This document shows positions 28,909 through 41,687 of a stretch of 63,683 nt of DNA, piece after piece. The translations under genes and the position numbers were made by a program. The notes under the pieces were generated by a model. That model did no database searches and had not been told where the DNA came from. It worked only from the letters and a program-made list of their open reading frames with translations. Source of the stretch: an uncultured Lachnospiraceae bacterium (lineage in GTDB: Bacteria > Bacillota > Clostridia > Christensenellales > UBA1242); contig CAZZGZ010000001.1 of the NCBI GenBank assembly GCA_964653635.1, forward strand, positions 139,986-203,668, given 5' to 3'. Within the stretch, counting starts at the first letter, position 1; the number at the start of each line of letters is the position of its first letter.

Positions 28909-30315
28909 TCATACCTCCAGTTTAATTTCAGTAGGTTTTTTATCAAATCTTAGCCCCTTAAAACTTGCTTGCCTTAAAATCCCATCCCTTGTAATTTCAG
29001 CAAACTGAATTTCAGCAACTAACTTTGGCTTGATTAATTTTACCCCTTTGCCAGGAACTTTTATATATTTTTCGGATGTTATAAGATTTTGGAAATTTTT
29101 ACTTAAAACTTTTCTTTCATCATTTGTAAAGCCAGTCCCTGCCTTTCCAACATATACAAGTTCTTTACCATCATAATAGCCGAGCAAAATAGCAGATAGA
29201 TTATTACCACTAAGAGTATAACCAATGACCACAAATTCTTGTCGCTTATAACATTTTACTTTAATCCAATCCTCACTTCTTGCCCCACGATATGGCGAAT
29301 TTATATTCTTAGCGACTATCCCCTCAAATCCAATTTTTTTAGCGAGAGAAAAACATTCATCTCCCTGTGCTATGACCCCACTGCTTAAAACGATTCCTAA
29401 AGGAGGATTTGTTAAAACTATATTTAAAAGATTTCTACGTTCAACTAATTTTTGAGTTCTTAAATCTTTCTTTTCTAAAGCAAGTAAATCAAAAACTACA
29501 TAAAAAAGCTCACCTCCATTTTTTATACGAGCTTGCAAAAGTCCAAAATCACTTATACCTTTATCGTTAAAAGCAACAATTTCTCCATCAAGCACACAAT
29601 TTTGTTTAAATGAACTTAAAGAATGTGCAAGTGTTACAAATTTTTTCGTAAAATTTCTGCCATTGCGACTTATTAGTTTAACATTACCATTTTCTATAAA
29701 AGAAAGTGTTCTATAACCATCATACTTAATCTCAAATAACCACTCATCGCCCCTTGGTACTTTATCTGACAATGTAGCGAGCATGACTGAACATGAGTGA
29801 AAAGGAAGTTTATCTTTCTTTTGTCTGTTTTTTAAACTTATATCTATAGTAGAAGTAAATTGATCATCAAGTTTAACTATAAGCCAATTTTTTTCATCTA
29901 TTTTTGTAAGAGACCAACCCCCTTGATATTTACTACCACTTAGCACAAATTTTATATGCCCTTTTTTAAGTCCACTTTTGAAGTCATTACAAGGAATGTA
30001 TGTACCGAAGTCAAATATTTCAACAATTCCTGCCCCGTAATTACCTTTTGGAATGACGCCTTCAAAACTCATGTAATCGACTGGATGATCTTCCACCATA
30101 ACTGCAAGACGTTTATCCTTTGGATTGCTTGAAAGTCCTTTTGGAACTGCCCAACTTAAAAGGACTCCCTCATATTCTAACCTAAAGTCATAATGTTTAG
30201 TTTGAGCCTTATGATATTGAATAACAAATCGTGATTGCTTACTACTATTTATTTTCCCCTTTGGTTCTTTTGTTTTAGAAAAGTCACGCTTTTTATTATA
30301 TTTTTCTAATTTCAT
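28909..30315 (-). CDS. ligD: LigD phosphoesterase plus ATP-dependent ligase domains
   Basis: Y.KKRDF.KT.EP, HYDFRLE, SWAVPKG, VEDHP, then FEIKYDGYR, LDGEIV, EGIVAK, WIKVK. Confidence 0.93.
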   Translation of the reverse strand: MKLEKYNKKRDFSKTKEPKGKINSSKQSRFVIQYHKAQTKHYDFRLEYEGVLLSWAVPKGLSSNPKDKRLAVMVEDHPVDYMSFEGVIPKGNYGAGIVEIFDFGTYIPCNDFKSGLKKGHIKFVLSGSKYQGGWSLTKIDEKNWLIVKLDDQFTSTIDISLKNRQKKDKLPFHSCSVMLATLSDKVPRGDEWLFEIKYDGYRTLSFIENGNVKLISRNGRNFTKKFVTLAHSLSSFKQNCVLDGEIVAFNDKGISDFGLLQARIKNGGELFYVVFDLLALEKKDLRTQKLVERRNLLNIVLTNPPLGIVLSSGVIAQGDECFSLAKKIGFEGIVAKNINSPYRGARSEDWIKVKCYKRQEFVVIGYTLSGNNLSAILLGYYDGKELVYVGKAGTGFTNDERKVLSKNFQNLITSEKYIKVPGKGVKLIKPKLVAEIQFAEITRDGILRQASFKGLRFDKKPTEIKLEV

Positions 30316-30316
30316 A

Positions 30317-31090
30317 CTATCTCACTTTCCTCTTTGGTGACTCTGTATTTAAACTTTTTTGTAATGCTTCCATTAGATTTATAATTTTAACTGGTTCATG
30401 TTGTTCTTTGGATTGCACAATCTCATTTCCAGCAATTTTTCGTTTTATAGCTTTTTTAATCTTTTGATTATATTCATCTTTATATTTTTCAGGCTTAAAA
30501 ATTGAACTCATCTGTTCTATTAAGTTAATTGCAAGTTCTAGCTCCTTTTTTTCAACTTTAGTTTTCTTGACCTCTGGTACTTTCTGTATTTCCTCACTAA
30601 AATATAAGGTATTTATTAGCATTACACTATTTTTTACACGGATTAATATAAGCGTTTCTTTTGTACCTATAATTGTTTTTGCAATTCCAGCCTTATTTTG
30701 TTTTTCCATTGCCATTAACAAAACATTAAATGCCTTTTCCGCTCCAATCGGCGATACGTAATAGCACCTATCAAAATATATAGGGTCAACTTCGTCTAGA
30801 CTTACAAATTCTTCAATTACAATGTTTTTATCCTTAGCAGTTTTGAGTTTTTCAAAATCTTCATCGGTAAAAATTACGTATTTATCTTTTTCATATTGAT
30901 ACCCTTTTACTATATCCTCATTTTTAACTTCTCTGTTTCCACAATCCACACAGGTCTTCTTGTATTTAATTCTTGTCATAGTCTTTTTATCTATCATATT
31001 AAATCCTATGTCGTTGTCTTTAATGGATAGACTTAAAGATACAGGAATATAAACTAATCCAAAACTAATTGCACCCTTAATAGTCGCCAT
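30317..31090 (-). CDS. ku: NHEJ DNA end-binding protein Ku
   Basis: GAISFGLVYIPV, IVKGYQYEK, VDPIYFD, F.PEKYKDEY, INLMEALQKS. Confidence 0.96.
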   Translation of the reverse strand: MATIKGAISFGLVYIPVSLSLSIKDNDIGFNMIDKKTMTRIKYKKTCVDCGNREVKNEDIVKGYQYEKDKYVIFTDEDFEKLKTAKDKNIVIEEFVSLDEVDPIYFDRCYYVSPIGAEKAFNVLLMAMEKQNKAGIAKTIIGTKETLILIRVKNSVMLINTLYFSEEIQKVPEVKKTKVEKKELELAINLIEQMSSIFKPEKYKDEYNQKIKKAIKRKIAGNEIVQSKEQHEPVKIINLMEALQKSLNTESPKRKVR

Positions 31091-31284
31091 AAATCCTCCA
31101 AAAATTTATTTTATTTATTATCTGCAAAATAAATAATTTTAAGCGAAAAATAAATTAAAAATCACATTCTTTTTTATAAATTACTTAGAAATTATTTTAA
31201 TAAGATATCATGACATGATGCAAGCATGCCCATTAAATGAGAAACAATAACTTATCTTAAAGCTATCTTTTATGTATTATTTGA

Positions 31285-31314
31285 TTGACAAGAGTTTTTC
31301 AAATTTGTTAAAAT
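31285..31314 (+). promoter_or_regulatory. SigA promoter of the glycoside hydrolase gene
   Basis: TTGACA...TG-T-TAAAAT followed by an AAGGAG RBS. Confidence 0.6.
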
Positions 31315-31333
31315 ACTTGCAAGGAGAATTGAT

Positions 31334-32479
31334 ATGGCAATACGAATAGAAAAAGATTTTGGCGGAGTCGTTTTTACTCCAAAAAAAGAAGAAGTTTATG
31401 ATAATGGAGGCGGAGTACTATACCCAAGAGTGGTCGAACTTCATCATAGTGGTAATATGAATGGGGTACTTCTTGCTACATTCGACCATTACACAAAAAA
31501 AGAACCTCCTGTTTCTCTAATTTATGCAAGTTATGATCATGGTAAAACTTGGGAGTATTATAGTGAAGTTTCAGATAGCAAAAATGGATATGGTATTCGT
31601 TTTCAACCCGATCTATTTGAGTTACCAATAAATTGTGGTGATTTAAAAGCTGGCACCCTCCTATTTACTGGTAATTCAGTCCCCCTTTCGTTCAAGTCCA
31701 CTGAACTACAACTCTATGTGAGCACTGACCATGGCAAGACCTGGACATATCGATCTAGTTTTGCTTATGGCGGAAGACCAATAGAGCAAAACTTCAAAGA
31801 GTTAGGTCCTGTTTGGGAACCATTCATTTATATCAATAAGTATAATCAAATTACGATTGCGTTTACAGATGAACGTCCTCATACAGATAGAAAATTTAAT
31901 CAAACGCTTGCTCTTGTAACTAGTAATGATGGAGGAAAGACTTGGAATGACCAAATTTTTGTAGCAAAAGTTCCAAATGGTGACCTTCGCCCTGGCATGC
32001 CAATAGTAACAAAACTTCCTAATGGCAAATATTTCATGTGCTATGAGATAGTAGGTTTACCTTGTTGCGATATTTATTTTAAAATATCGGACGATGGTGT
32101 GGATTTTGGCGACCCTTCGGATATGGGTATAAGAGCAGAAACAAGTGATGGTCAATACCTTGGAAGTATGCCATATTGTATTTGGGTTCCACAGGGTGGA
32201 AAAAATGGCACAATAATTCTAAGTGCACATAGAGATGGTGACAAGATGGGATATCGTGAACATGGAAATCTTTTAGTAAATTATAATCTTGGACAAGGAC
32301 CATGGGAAACTGCCCCTATGCTTGTTTCTTACGATGCTCGAATGATACAATGCGGGTGGAGTATGGGTATGTGCACTATAGAAAATGATACAAAACTAAT
32401 TCAACTTGCACCAGTCCAAACAGACCCTCGAATGCTTCAAATAGCTTATGGAATTGCGAATTTAAGCACAATAGATTAA
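31334..32479 (+). CDS. BNR/Asp-box beta-propeller glycoside hydrolase (GH93/sialidase-like)
   Basis: Asp-boxes SYDHGKTW, STDHGKTW and SNDGGKTW; YPR, VWEPF, RPGMP and CYE motifs. Confidence 0.8.
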   Translation: MAIRIEKDFGGVVFTPKKEEVYDNGGGVLYPRVVELHHSGNMNGVLLATFDHYTKKEPPVSLIYASYDHGKTWEYYSEVSDSKNGYGIRFQPDLFELPINCGDLKAGTLLFTGNSVPLSFKSTELQLYVSTDHGKTWTYRSSFAYGGRPIEQNFKELGPVWEPFIYINKYNQITIAFTDERPHTDRKFNQTLALVTSNDGGKTWNDQIFVAKVPNGDLRPGMPIVTKLPNGKYFMCYEIVGLPCCDIYFKISDDGVDFGDPSDMGIRAETSDGQYLGSMPYCIWVPQGGKNGTIILSAHRDGDKMGYREHGNLLVNYNLGQGPWETAPMLVSYDARMIQCGWSMGMCTIENDTKLIQLAPVQTDPRMLQIAYGIANLSTID

Positions 32480-32514
32480 GTTTTATTTTTCATACAATTA
32501 TATGTCATAAAACC

Positions 32515-32827
32515 CTATGCTAAAATCTAGTAATTTAAGTAGCATAAAAATGTGTCTTTATGATACATTTTTTGTTTTTCATTTATTATATCTTAAAACA
32601 AAATTTTGATTTTATATCAATTTATAAATATTCCCACTTTTTTTGAAGCACGCACATTAGATAAGAGTTTAATAGTTTTAAAATAAGTTATCCTACTATA
32701 GCCTTGATGTAGCATAAGTATTCATTTTAAAGATAGTCAAAAATGCAAGCATAAAAAAAAGAAAACATCTCATTTATTTGGTGTTTTCTTTGTTTTATGC
32801 TACTTAAATTACTAGATTTTAGCATAG
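32515..32827. mobile_element. 313-bp non-coding element bounded by perfect 35-bp inverted repeats (MITE-like or invertible segment)
   Basis: 32515-32549 CTATGCTAAAATCTAGTAATTTAAGTAGCATAAAA is the exact reverse complement of 32793-32827. The repeat is directly visible; mobility is inferred. Confidence 0.55.
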
Positions 32828-32992
32828 ACTTTATGTTAGTTATACCAAAAATTCCCATCTTTTAAACATGTTAATATTAATACAAGTGTAAAATCAATTA
32901 AGAAACGGGCGAAAATAAGTTATCATACATTCTTCCCATTGTCCGATTGACTATTTCACCACATATTTTTCAATTATAAACTGATGTTTTCA

Positions 32993-34895
<1,903 letters not shown>

Positions 34896-35041
34896 ATGTT
34901 TACTCCTTTTACGATATATATTATACCTCATATTTTATTTTATGTCCAACATATTGACAGACAAATTGCGTTTTTTCTTCTAAAATCTCACATTTTGTCA
35001 TATTCATATTTATCATACTCTTAGTAAAAGGTCAATAAAAT

Positions 35042-35809
35042 ATGACAAAAACAAAAACATCTATGGGACAAATTGCTTTTATATGTATCTGTGCAATTAT
35101 GACAATACTTACGTTTTCATTTGCTAATTTGCTATCTTCATTACTCATTAAAAGCACTATAATTTCTGCTAATACCATAAAAAATAATGAGTTTACTATA
35201 TACTTTTTAAGTTTTGACAAATTCTCAAATCAATCTGACGCCCAAGAATGTGCAAGAAATATGTATTATCAAAATATAGGCGGATACACATTAGAATATA
35301 ATGGGCTATATTATGTGATCGCAAGCGGTTACAAAAACGGCAATGATGCAAATTTAGTCAAAAATAATCTCAGTTCAAATGGCACTATAACGGAGATTTT
35401 GGAAATAACCTTTGCTAGCGTATTACTTAGCGGAGATTATTCAAATGAGGAAAAAAACGTACTAGAATCATGTCTGTGCTCTTTTTACAAAGCTTACGAA
35501 AGTTTATATGATATTGTGATCAGTTTGGACACAAACGTTATATCTGAAACCTCAGCAAGACTTTCATGTAATGATGTTCTTACTTCTTTTTCGAATAACC
35601 TACAAAATTTTACAAGTCTTTTGGGAGAAAATTATAAAAGTTCCATTTTATCACTATCAAAAAGTTTAAACAATGCAAAAACATGTTTAACTAATTTATG
35701 TAATAATAAAAAAATAGATAGCACACAAACTTTTTCTTCTCTCATAAAATATAGATATACAGAATTGTTGGATATTTACAGAAATCTGACTCTTTCTTTA
35801 GACTATTAG
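35042..35809 (+). CDS. Membrane-anchored hypothetical protein (possible SPOR-like region)
   Basis: N-terminal TM, then F...F.NQSDA...A......GGY.....YYVIASGY....DA..V. Confidence 0.55.
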   Translation: MTKTKTSMGQIAFICICAIMTILTFSFANLLSSLLIKSTIISANTIKNNEFTIYFLSFDKFSNQSDAQECARNMYYQNIGGYTLEYNGLYYVIASGYKNGNDANLVKNNLSSNGTITEILEITFASVLLSGDYSNEEKNVLESCLCSFYKAYESLYDIVISLDTNVISETSARLSCNDVLTSFSNNLQNFTSLLGENYKSSILSLSKSLNNAKTCLTNLCNNKKIDSTQTFSSLIKYRYTELLDIYRNLTLSLDY

Positions 35810-35816
35810 GAGAATT

Positions 35817-36584
35817 ATGAAGAAAGTACTAGTACTTGATAGTGGAATAGGTGGACTTTGTATACTACATGAATGTGTAAAATTATGTCCTTATTTTAAT
35901 TATCTTTACTTTGCAGACACATTAAATCTTCCATATGGCGAAAAAGACGAAAAAAAACTTTTAGAAATTACTACTTCAAATCTAAAAGATATACAATCTT
36001 ATTTCCCATTTGAATATGTGATAATCGCTTGCAATACCCTTACTAGTGTAGCTATAAAGGATTTAAGAAAGACATTTACAGACGTGACTTTTATTGGTAC
36101 AGAACCCGCCGTTAAACCAGCTTTAACAAAATATAGTTGTGACGAACTTATACTCATTGCCACGCAAAACACTATACAACATAGTCGAGTTGTTAATTAT
36201 GCAAAAGAAAAAAACATATTTGTGGTAGCCTTATCAGATTTCGCTAAGGTTATCGAGGATAATATTGACAACATGAATTATTTAAAAGCCTATATAAAAA
36301 ATAATTTGACTAAAATTTGTTTTGAAAAGAAAGGCATCATTTTAGGATGCACGCACTATGAACTAATTGCAGATTTGATTGAAAAAGAGTTACATTTTGA
36401 ATGTTTTAAATCGGCAAATGGTGTTGCTAAAAGACTTAAAGACCTTTATATAAAGAAATTGCATAAAAGTCTTTCGGATTTAGAAATTAAAAATAAACTC
36501 AATAATAGTGATTATCTAATACAATTTCAATCTTCATCACTAGAGTCTGGAAAATTATCATATATTTATAAAAGTATTAAATAG
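35817..36584 (+). CDS. murI: Glutamate racemase
   Basis: DSGIGGL, PYGEK, IACNT, LGCTHY. Confidence 0.95.
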   Translation: MKKVLVLDSGIGGLCILHECVKLCPYFNYLYFADTLNLPYGEKDEKKLLEITTSNLKDIQSYFPFEYVIIACNTLTSVAIKDLRKTFTDVTFIGTEPAVKPALTKYSCDELILIATQNTIQHSRVVNYAKEKNIFVVALSDFAKVIEDNIDNMNYLKAYIKNNLTKICFEKKGIILGCTHYELIADLIEKELHFECFKSANGVAKRLKDLYIKKLHKSLSDLEIKNKLNNSDYLIQFQSSSLESGKLSYIYKSIK

Positions 36585-36587
36585 ACA

Positions 36588-36630
36588 CAATATATAGTAG
36601 TATTATGCACATAACAGATACATTATATAA
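36588..36630 (+). repeat. Dispersed 43-bp motif, copy D
   Basis: C aatatata G tagta TTATGCACATAA cagata C attatata a; between convergent murI and ftsZ. Confidence 0.8.
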
Positions 36631-36648
36631 AAAAAGATAAGCAAATGC

Positions 36649-37863
36649 TTACCTTTGTTTTTTCTTTCTTAGTTTTTCAACCCATGGTGGTACTGAGGAA
36701 ACATTCACTCTAGAAGTTTTTGTATTTTCCTCTTTCTCAAGTTTAACAATATCATCTTGTGGTTCTTCTTGTTTTTCATACAATTCAAAAGGATTAAATT
36801 TTTGAGAATCTTCTGCTTCCAGTTTTGTATTTTCTTGTCTCTCTTGTTCAAGTTTCATATATTCATTAGCTTGTTTTTCTTCAGGAGTCACAAATCCAGT
36901 TGCTATGATAGTAATTTCAATTTCATCTTTCATCTCAGGGCTAATTGCAGCACCAAATATAAATATACAATTAGGATCTATAACACCTTGCACCATACTT
37001 GCTGCATCATTTACCTCTTTAAGTGACATATCAAGTCCGCCCTTGACATTTAAAATAACACCAGTTGCCCCATCAATATTTGTCTCTAAAAGAGGTGAGG
37101 CAATAGCTTGATGCACCGCATCTAACACCTTGTTTTCACCTTTACCACGCCCAATCCCCATATGAGCGAGGCCTTTATTTTGCATAACAGTTTGCACATC
37201 TGCAAAGTCACGATTAATAAGCCCTTCATTTGCAATCAAATCTGAAATTCCCTGTATACATTGACGAAGTACATCATCAGCATATCTAAAAGCCTCAACA
37301 AAAGTAGTATCCTTTGGAACGACTTGTAAAAGTTTTTCATTCGGAATGATTACGATAGTATCAACATACTTTCGCAACTCTTTAATACCTTCCTCTGCCT
37401 GATGAGCTCTAACTGGTCCTTCAAAAGCGAATGGTTTAGTTACAACGCCCACAGTCAAAATTCCCATCTCTTTTGCTATTTGTGCAACAACTGGTGATGC
37501 ACCAGTCCCTGTACCTCCACCCATACCTGCGGTAATGAATACAAGGTTTGTATCTTTAAGCACTTCTTTAATTGAGTTTCTACTTTCCTCTGCCGATTTC
37601 TTCCCCACATCAGGTTTAGCTCCTGCTCCAAGTCCTTGAGTAAGTTTTTCCCCTATTTGAAGCCTTTTTGGTGCTTTAGAAACAAGAAGCATTTGTTTAT
37701 CAGTGTTAATTGCAATAAATTCCGCTGAATTAACGTTAGCTTCAATCATCCTTCCAACTGCATTATTTCCACCTCCGCCAACTCCAACAACTTTAATCTT
37801 GACATTTGTCGAGTAAGGCTTTGTAGTATTTGCTTGATTTGAATTATTAAAATAACTTTCCAT
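36649..37863 (-). CDS. ftsZ: Cell division protein FtsZ
   Basis: [29 protein letters not shown]-terminal VPPW core. Confidence 0.98.
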   Translation of the reverse strand: MESYFNNSNQANTTKPYSTNVKIKVVGVGGGGNNAVGRMIEANVNSAEFIAINTDKQMLLVSKAPKRLQIGEKLTQGLGAGAKPDVGKKSAEESRNSIKEVLKDTNLVFITAGMGGGTGTGASPVVAQIAKEMGILTVGVVTKPFAFEGPVRAHQAEEGIKELRKYVDTIVIIPNEKLLQVVPKDTTFVEAFRYADDVLRQCIQGISDLIANEGLINRDFADVQTVMQNKGLAHMGIGRGKGENKVLDAVHQAIASPLLETNIDGATGVILNVKGGLDMSLKEVNDAASMVQGVIDPNCIFIFGAAISPEMKDEIEITIIATGFVTPEEKQANEYMKLEQERQENTKLEAEDSQKFNPFELYEKQEEPQDDIVKLEKEENTKTSRVNVSSVPPWVEKLRKKKQR

Positions 37864-37950
37864 ATTCTCACCTACTTTTAATCATTCTACAATATTTTTT
37901 TTATTTTTTGCAACAAAATTTCGTAATTTTTGAAGTTTTATATACGTTTT

Positions 37951-39066
37951 TTAATTCTTTAACACATAATTTGCTAAACTATATAGTGTAGCACATTCTA
38001 TCTTGTCTATGTATGGTTTATTTGGTATACCCAGTTTGACTTCTTTATTTAAAAGATTTACTAAATAATTTTTTGCACCTTCAATACCTGTAAGCCCCTT
38101 GCCTGTTAAGTATATGTCAACCCCTGTAAGCTCAAGCCCATTCTCTCTCACACATTGTTTGATCACGTCTGCAATAGTTGCTATTTTATACCCGGCAACT
38201 TCATTGACTGCCAAACTAGGTATTTTCACTATCCTCCCTCCAAACGTAATAAGCTCGTACTTGTCAGACGGAAGAGCTTGAAGTGAAACGACGAGCTGTC
38301 TTTTTAAAGTTTCAGCATCATTATATTCAATTTCGAAAGCTTCACAAAGGTCATTTGTTATATGATTTCCTCCAAGCGAAAATGACGTAAGAGCCATAAT
38401 CCCGTTGCCATGCACAAAAGCTATACTTGATGATAAAGCTCCAATATCCACAAGCAAGCATATATTTTTGGCTCTAGCATGTTCTGGAATGACAAATAGT
38501 GATTTACATAACGTCTCAGAAATGTACTCAACTTCTTCAACACCATAACCTTCAATGATATTGTTTAGTAGTCTGATATAATTTCTATCTGCCGTTACAA
38601 CACAATAATCTGCTGTTACTTTTTGAGCTTTTTGGTCTAAGGGTGTGAAAAGAACCCTATCTTCATCTAAAATATATTCACTCGCAGAAATACCCACTAT
38701 CTCCATGTCGTTATCATTAAATTTTTCATACATTTCTGTATAAAATGTATTAATATCAATTTGGTTGATCTTATGTTTATGTTTAAAAACTTTTGTTAGT
38801 TCATGTATTTGCACAGCACTAAACTCAGCAGGAACGCTCACATATACTTTTCTAATTTTTTCTCCGCTTAAAGTTTCAAGTTTTAGAAGTAAATCACAAA
38901 AATGGTCATTAAGCTTGAAAGGTTCGATAAACTCTCCCTCCATATATCCTTCATATTCATTGCTAGATTCTGCCTCTGTGATAAAGTTGCCACATGATCC
39001 ATAGCTGGTAATCAAACCTCGCAAAGACGAAGATCCAACTTCAATAACACAAACACTCTTTCGCAT
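37951..39066 (-). CDS. ftsA: Cell division protein FtsA (divergent)
   Basis: IEVGSSS, LVDIGA, GGNHITNDL, AETLKR, YLTGKG; upstream of ftsZ. Confidence 0.88.
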   Translation of the reverse strand: MRKSVCVIEVGSSSLRGLITSYGSCGNFITEAESSNEYEGYMEGEFIEPFKLNDHFCDLLLKLETLSGEKIRKVYVSVPAEFSAVQIHELTKVFKHKHKINQIDINTFYTEMYEKFNDNDMEIVGISASEYILDEDRVLFTPLDQKAQKVTADYCVVTADRNYIRLLNNIIEGYGVEEVEYISETLCKSLFVIPEHARAKNICLLVDIGALSSSIAFVHGNGIMALTSFSLGGNHITNDLCEAFEIEYNDAETLKRQLVVSLQALPSDKYELITFGGRIVKIPSLAVNEVAGYKIATIADVIKQCVRENGLELTGVDIYLTGKGLTGIEGAKNYLVNLLNKEVKLGIPNKPYIDKIECATLYSLANYVLKN

Positions 39067-39136
39067 ACTCACCTCATAACTTATAGAAAATTTTTATCAT
39101 ATAAATTCACTATTTGTCAAATAAAAATGCGATTTT

Positions 39137-39985
39137 TTAACTTTTACTGACCGTAGCATATATTTTTTTATTTTTGTCAGGATGATCAAGAATTGAAATT
39201 TTACATGTGTTCAAGTCATCAATACTGAAAAATTCATCAACTCCGTTACCACTTGAATCAATCGTAGTAGTTATGTACTTGCCATAAACACCATCTTCTT
39301 CAATCAAATCATCATAAAGTTCGCTTTGTACAAGATATGCTCTTTCTAATTTTTGCCTGAGATAATAAGTCATGTTTTCTATATAGAATTGTTGCCCAGA
39401 ACGTAGGAAAAGATTGATATTTTCATTTTCAATTTTGACTTTTGAAAAAGTAGCAAGTTGCATACTTAATGTTACATTACTTGCAAGCAATGTACTATAA
39501 AGAACATAATAGTCATTATCTAAACTTAGAAAGTCACACACATTAATCGTGGAATTTTCATATAAAGAAATGTCTAACGCAATAAGACTTTCATCGTTTT
39601 CACTACTTTTGGATAAAACTTTAAAATCATTATCTAGTGAGTAAAATTCATCTCCCACCTGTAAACTATAATAAGCCACACGCTTTGCAACATGAATTAC
39701 AAAACTATTAGGAAATATAGTTTCAATATTGATCACTTTTATATCTGCAAAAGTACTTTCAATTTTGGCTATATACTTACTTTTTGATGCAAAAAAAACA
39801 CTTTGCCCATAGTCAAATTCTGCTGAATTTATAATTTCAGTTTGCAAAGTTTCACTATCATCTACAGCATAACGAAAATCTACACTAACAGAAGAGAGGG
39901 CAAAGACTGTCCACATTAAAATCAGTATTACACCGATTATGAAAATGAAAATACTTAACAATATTATCAATTTTGCCTTCTTCAT
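39137..39985 (-). CDS. ftsQ: Cell division protein FtsQ/DivIB-like
   Basis: Single N-terminal TM, POTRA-like region ending FPNSFVIHVAKR; upstream of ftsA; start moved to ATG 39985. Confidence 0.7.
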   Translation of the reverse strand: MKKAKLIILLSIFIFIIGVILILMWTVFALSSVSVDFRYAVDDSETLQTEIINSAEFDYGQSVFFASKSKYIAKIESTFADIKVINIETIFPNSFVIHVAKRVAYYSLQVGDEFYSLDNDFKVLSKSSENDESLIALDISLYENSTINVCDFLSLDNDYYVLYSTLLASNVTLSMQLATFSKVKIENENINLFLRSGQQFYIENMTYYLRQKLERAYLVQSELYDDLIEEDGVYGKYITTTIDSSGNGVDEFFSIDDLNTCKISILDHPDKNKKIYATVSKS

Positions 39986-40034
39986 AAGGTCATTATAGCA
40001 AATAATTTCAATATTACAAAACAAAAGGAGAAAC

Positions 40035-41288
40035 ATGTCAAAAATTTTAATAAATGGCAGAAACAAGCTTTATGGTAAGATTAAAATTGAACAAGCAAAA
40101 AATGCTTTCTTACCAATCATGTGCGCAAGTATCCTAGCAAGTGAAAAAGTCTGTTTAAAATCGCCACCAGACATTTCAGATATTTTTTATTTAAGTGAAA
40201 TTTTGAAAGATTTAGGCGTAAATATTGAAAAAAATGATAAAAAAATCGAAATTTTTTGCGAAAATCTTAAAAAAACATGTATAGATCCTTCCCTTGCAAG
40301 CAAACTTCGTTCATCAATTTTCCTTTTAGGTGCTATTATTTCTAAGTCAAAGATAGCAAAAATACCTCGACCTGGTGGATGTGATATTGGAACAAGACCC
40401 ATAGATTTACATATTAAAGGATTAAAGATTTTAGGCGTAAAAATAATCGAAAAACATGGTTATATCTATTGCGATGCTAGAAACATACATTCAGGTATTG
40501 TATTATTAGATTTTGCTTCTGTTGGTGCTACAGAAAATTTAATTATGGCAAGTGTCTTTTTGGAAGGTAAAACTATACTTTTAAATGTAGCAAAAGAACC
40601 AGAAGTTGTGGATCTTGCAAATTTTTTAAACAGCTTAGGTGCTAAAATCTCTGGAGCAGGAACTGACAAAATTGAAGTTATAGGAGTTGAAAAACTGCAT
40701 GGAGGTACTTATTGCCCAATTCCAGATAGGATTGTCGCAGGAACGTATATGATTGCTTGTAGCATGTGCGGTGGAGAAATAGAAATAGAAAATTTTAAAA
40801 GTGAAGATAATATATTTCTCGTGTCTAAACTACGTGAAGCTGGCGTTAAAATATTTGAATATGAAAACTCAGCTATTGTATGTTCCACTCAAAGACTTAT
40901 AAGTCTAAAAAAACTAGAAACTGCACCTTACCCTCAACTTTCTACCGATTTACAATCATTATTTCTCTCTATGCAAAGTATAAGTAATGGATCGTGCATG
41001 ATTATAGAAAATATCTTCGAAAACCGATTTAAAGTCGCTATGGAACTATGTAAAATGGATGCTGACATAAGTATTTACAAAAATGTGGCAATAGTCAATG
41101 GAAAACCTAAACTCTATGGTGCTGAAGTATATGGCACAGACCTTAGAGCAACCGCTAGTTTGATACTTGCTGGGCTAGTCGCCGAAGGTTATACAACAGT
41201 TCATGGAATAGAATTTCTCAGTCGGGGCTATGAAAATATGGTAGAAAAACTACGCACTCTTGGAGCAGACATCAAATTAATAGAATGA
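40035..41288 (+). CDS. murA: UDP-N-acetylglucosamine 1-carboxyvinyltransferase
   Basis: AKNAFLPI, PGGCDIGTRPIDLH, SVGATEN, TDLRA, RGYE. Confidence 0.96.
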   Translation: MSKILINGRNKLYGKIKIEQAKNAFLPIMCASILASEKVCLKSPPDISDIFYLSEILKDLGVNIEKNDKKIEIFCENLKKTCIDPSLASKLRSSIFLLGAIISKSKIAKIPRPGGCDIGTRPIDLHIKGLKILGVKIIEKHGYIYCDARNIHSGIVLLDFASVGATENLIMASVFLEGKTILLNVAKEPEVVDLANFLNSLGAKISGAGTDKIEVIGVEKLHGGTYCPIPDRIVAGTYMIACSMCGGEIEIENFKSEDNIFLVSKLREAGVKIFEYENSAIVCSTQRLISLKKLETAPYPQLSTDLQSLFLSMQSISNGSCMIIENIFENRFKVAMELCKMDADISIYKNVAIVNGKPKLYGAEVYGTDLRATASLILAGLVAEGYTTVHGIEFLSRGYENMVEKLRTLGADIKLIE

Positions 41289-41468
41289 TTATAAGATAAA
41301 TCAACAAACAATGGCAAAGCACTAATTCATCTATTTACACGATTTTTACTTAAACATATAACTTTAAATGTTTTAAAGTTAGCACATTTTATAAAAGAAA
41401 ATCAATATCAAATTTTGTAAATATTTTTTTGAAGTTTGGACAAACTAATAACAGGAGGATAATCTTTT

Positions 41469-41687
41469 ATGAAAGAAATATATATGCTTATTGGTTTTGG
41501 TGCTGGACTAGTTACGGGAGTGCTACTATATAGATATAGTGGTGGCACAAAAGAACTTGTAAGAAAGGGCGAAAAAGCAATTATCAAAGAGGTTGAAATG
41601 GTTAAGCAAGAAATGCAAAACGCTCAAAAACAGGCAGATAAAGAAGTTCCAAAACAAGAAAACAATAAAAATAAAAAACAAAAATAA
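41469..41687 (+). CDS. Small membrane-anchored protein (YtxH-like)
   Basis: AGGAGG RBS; Gly-rich TM IGFGAGLVTGVLL, then a charged helix. Confidence 0.65.
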   Translation: MKEIYMLIGFGAGLVTGVLLYRYSGGTKELVRKGEKAIIKEVEMVKQEMQNAQKQADKEVPKQENNKNKKQK

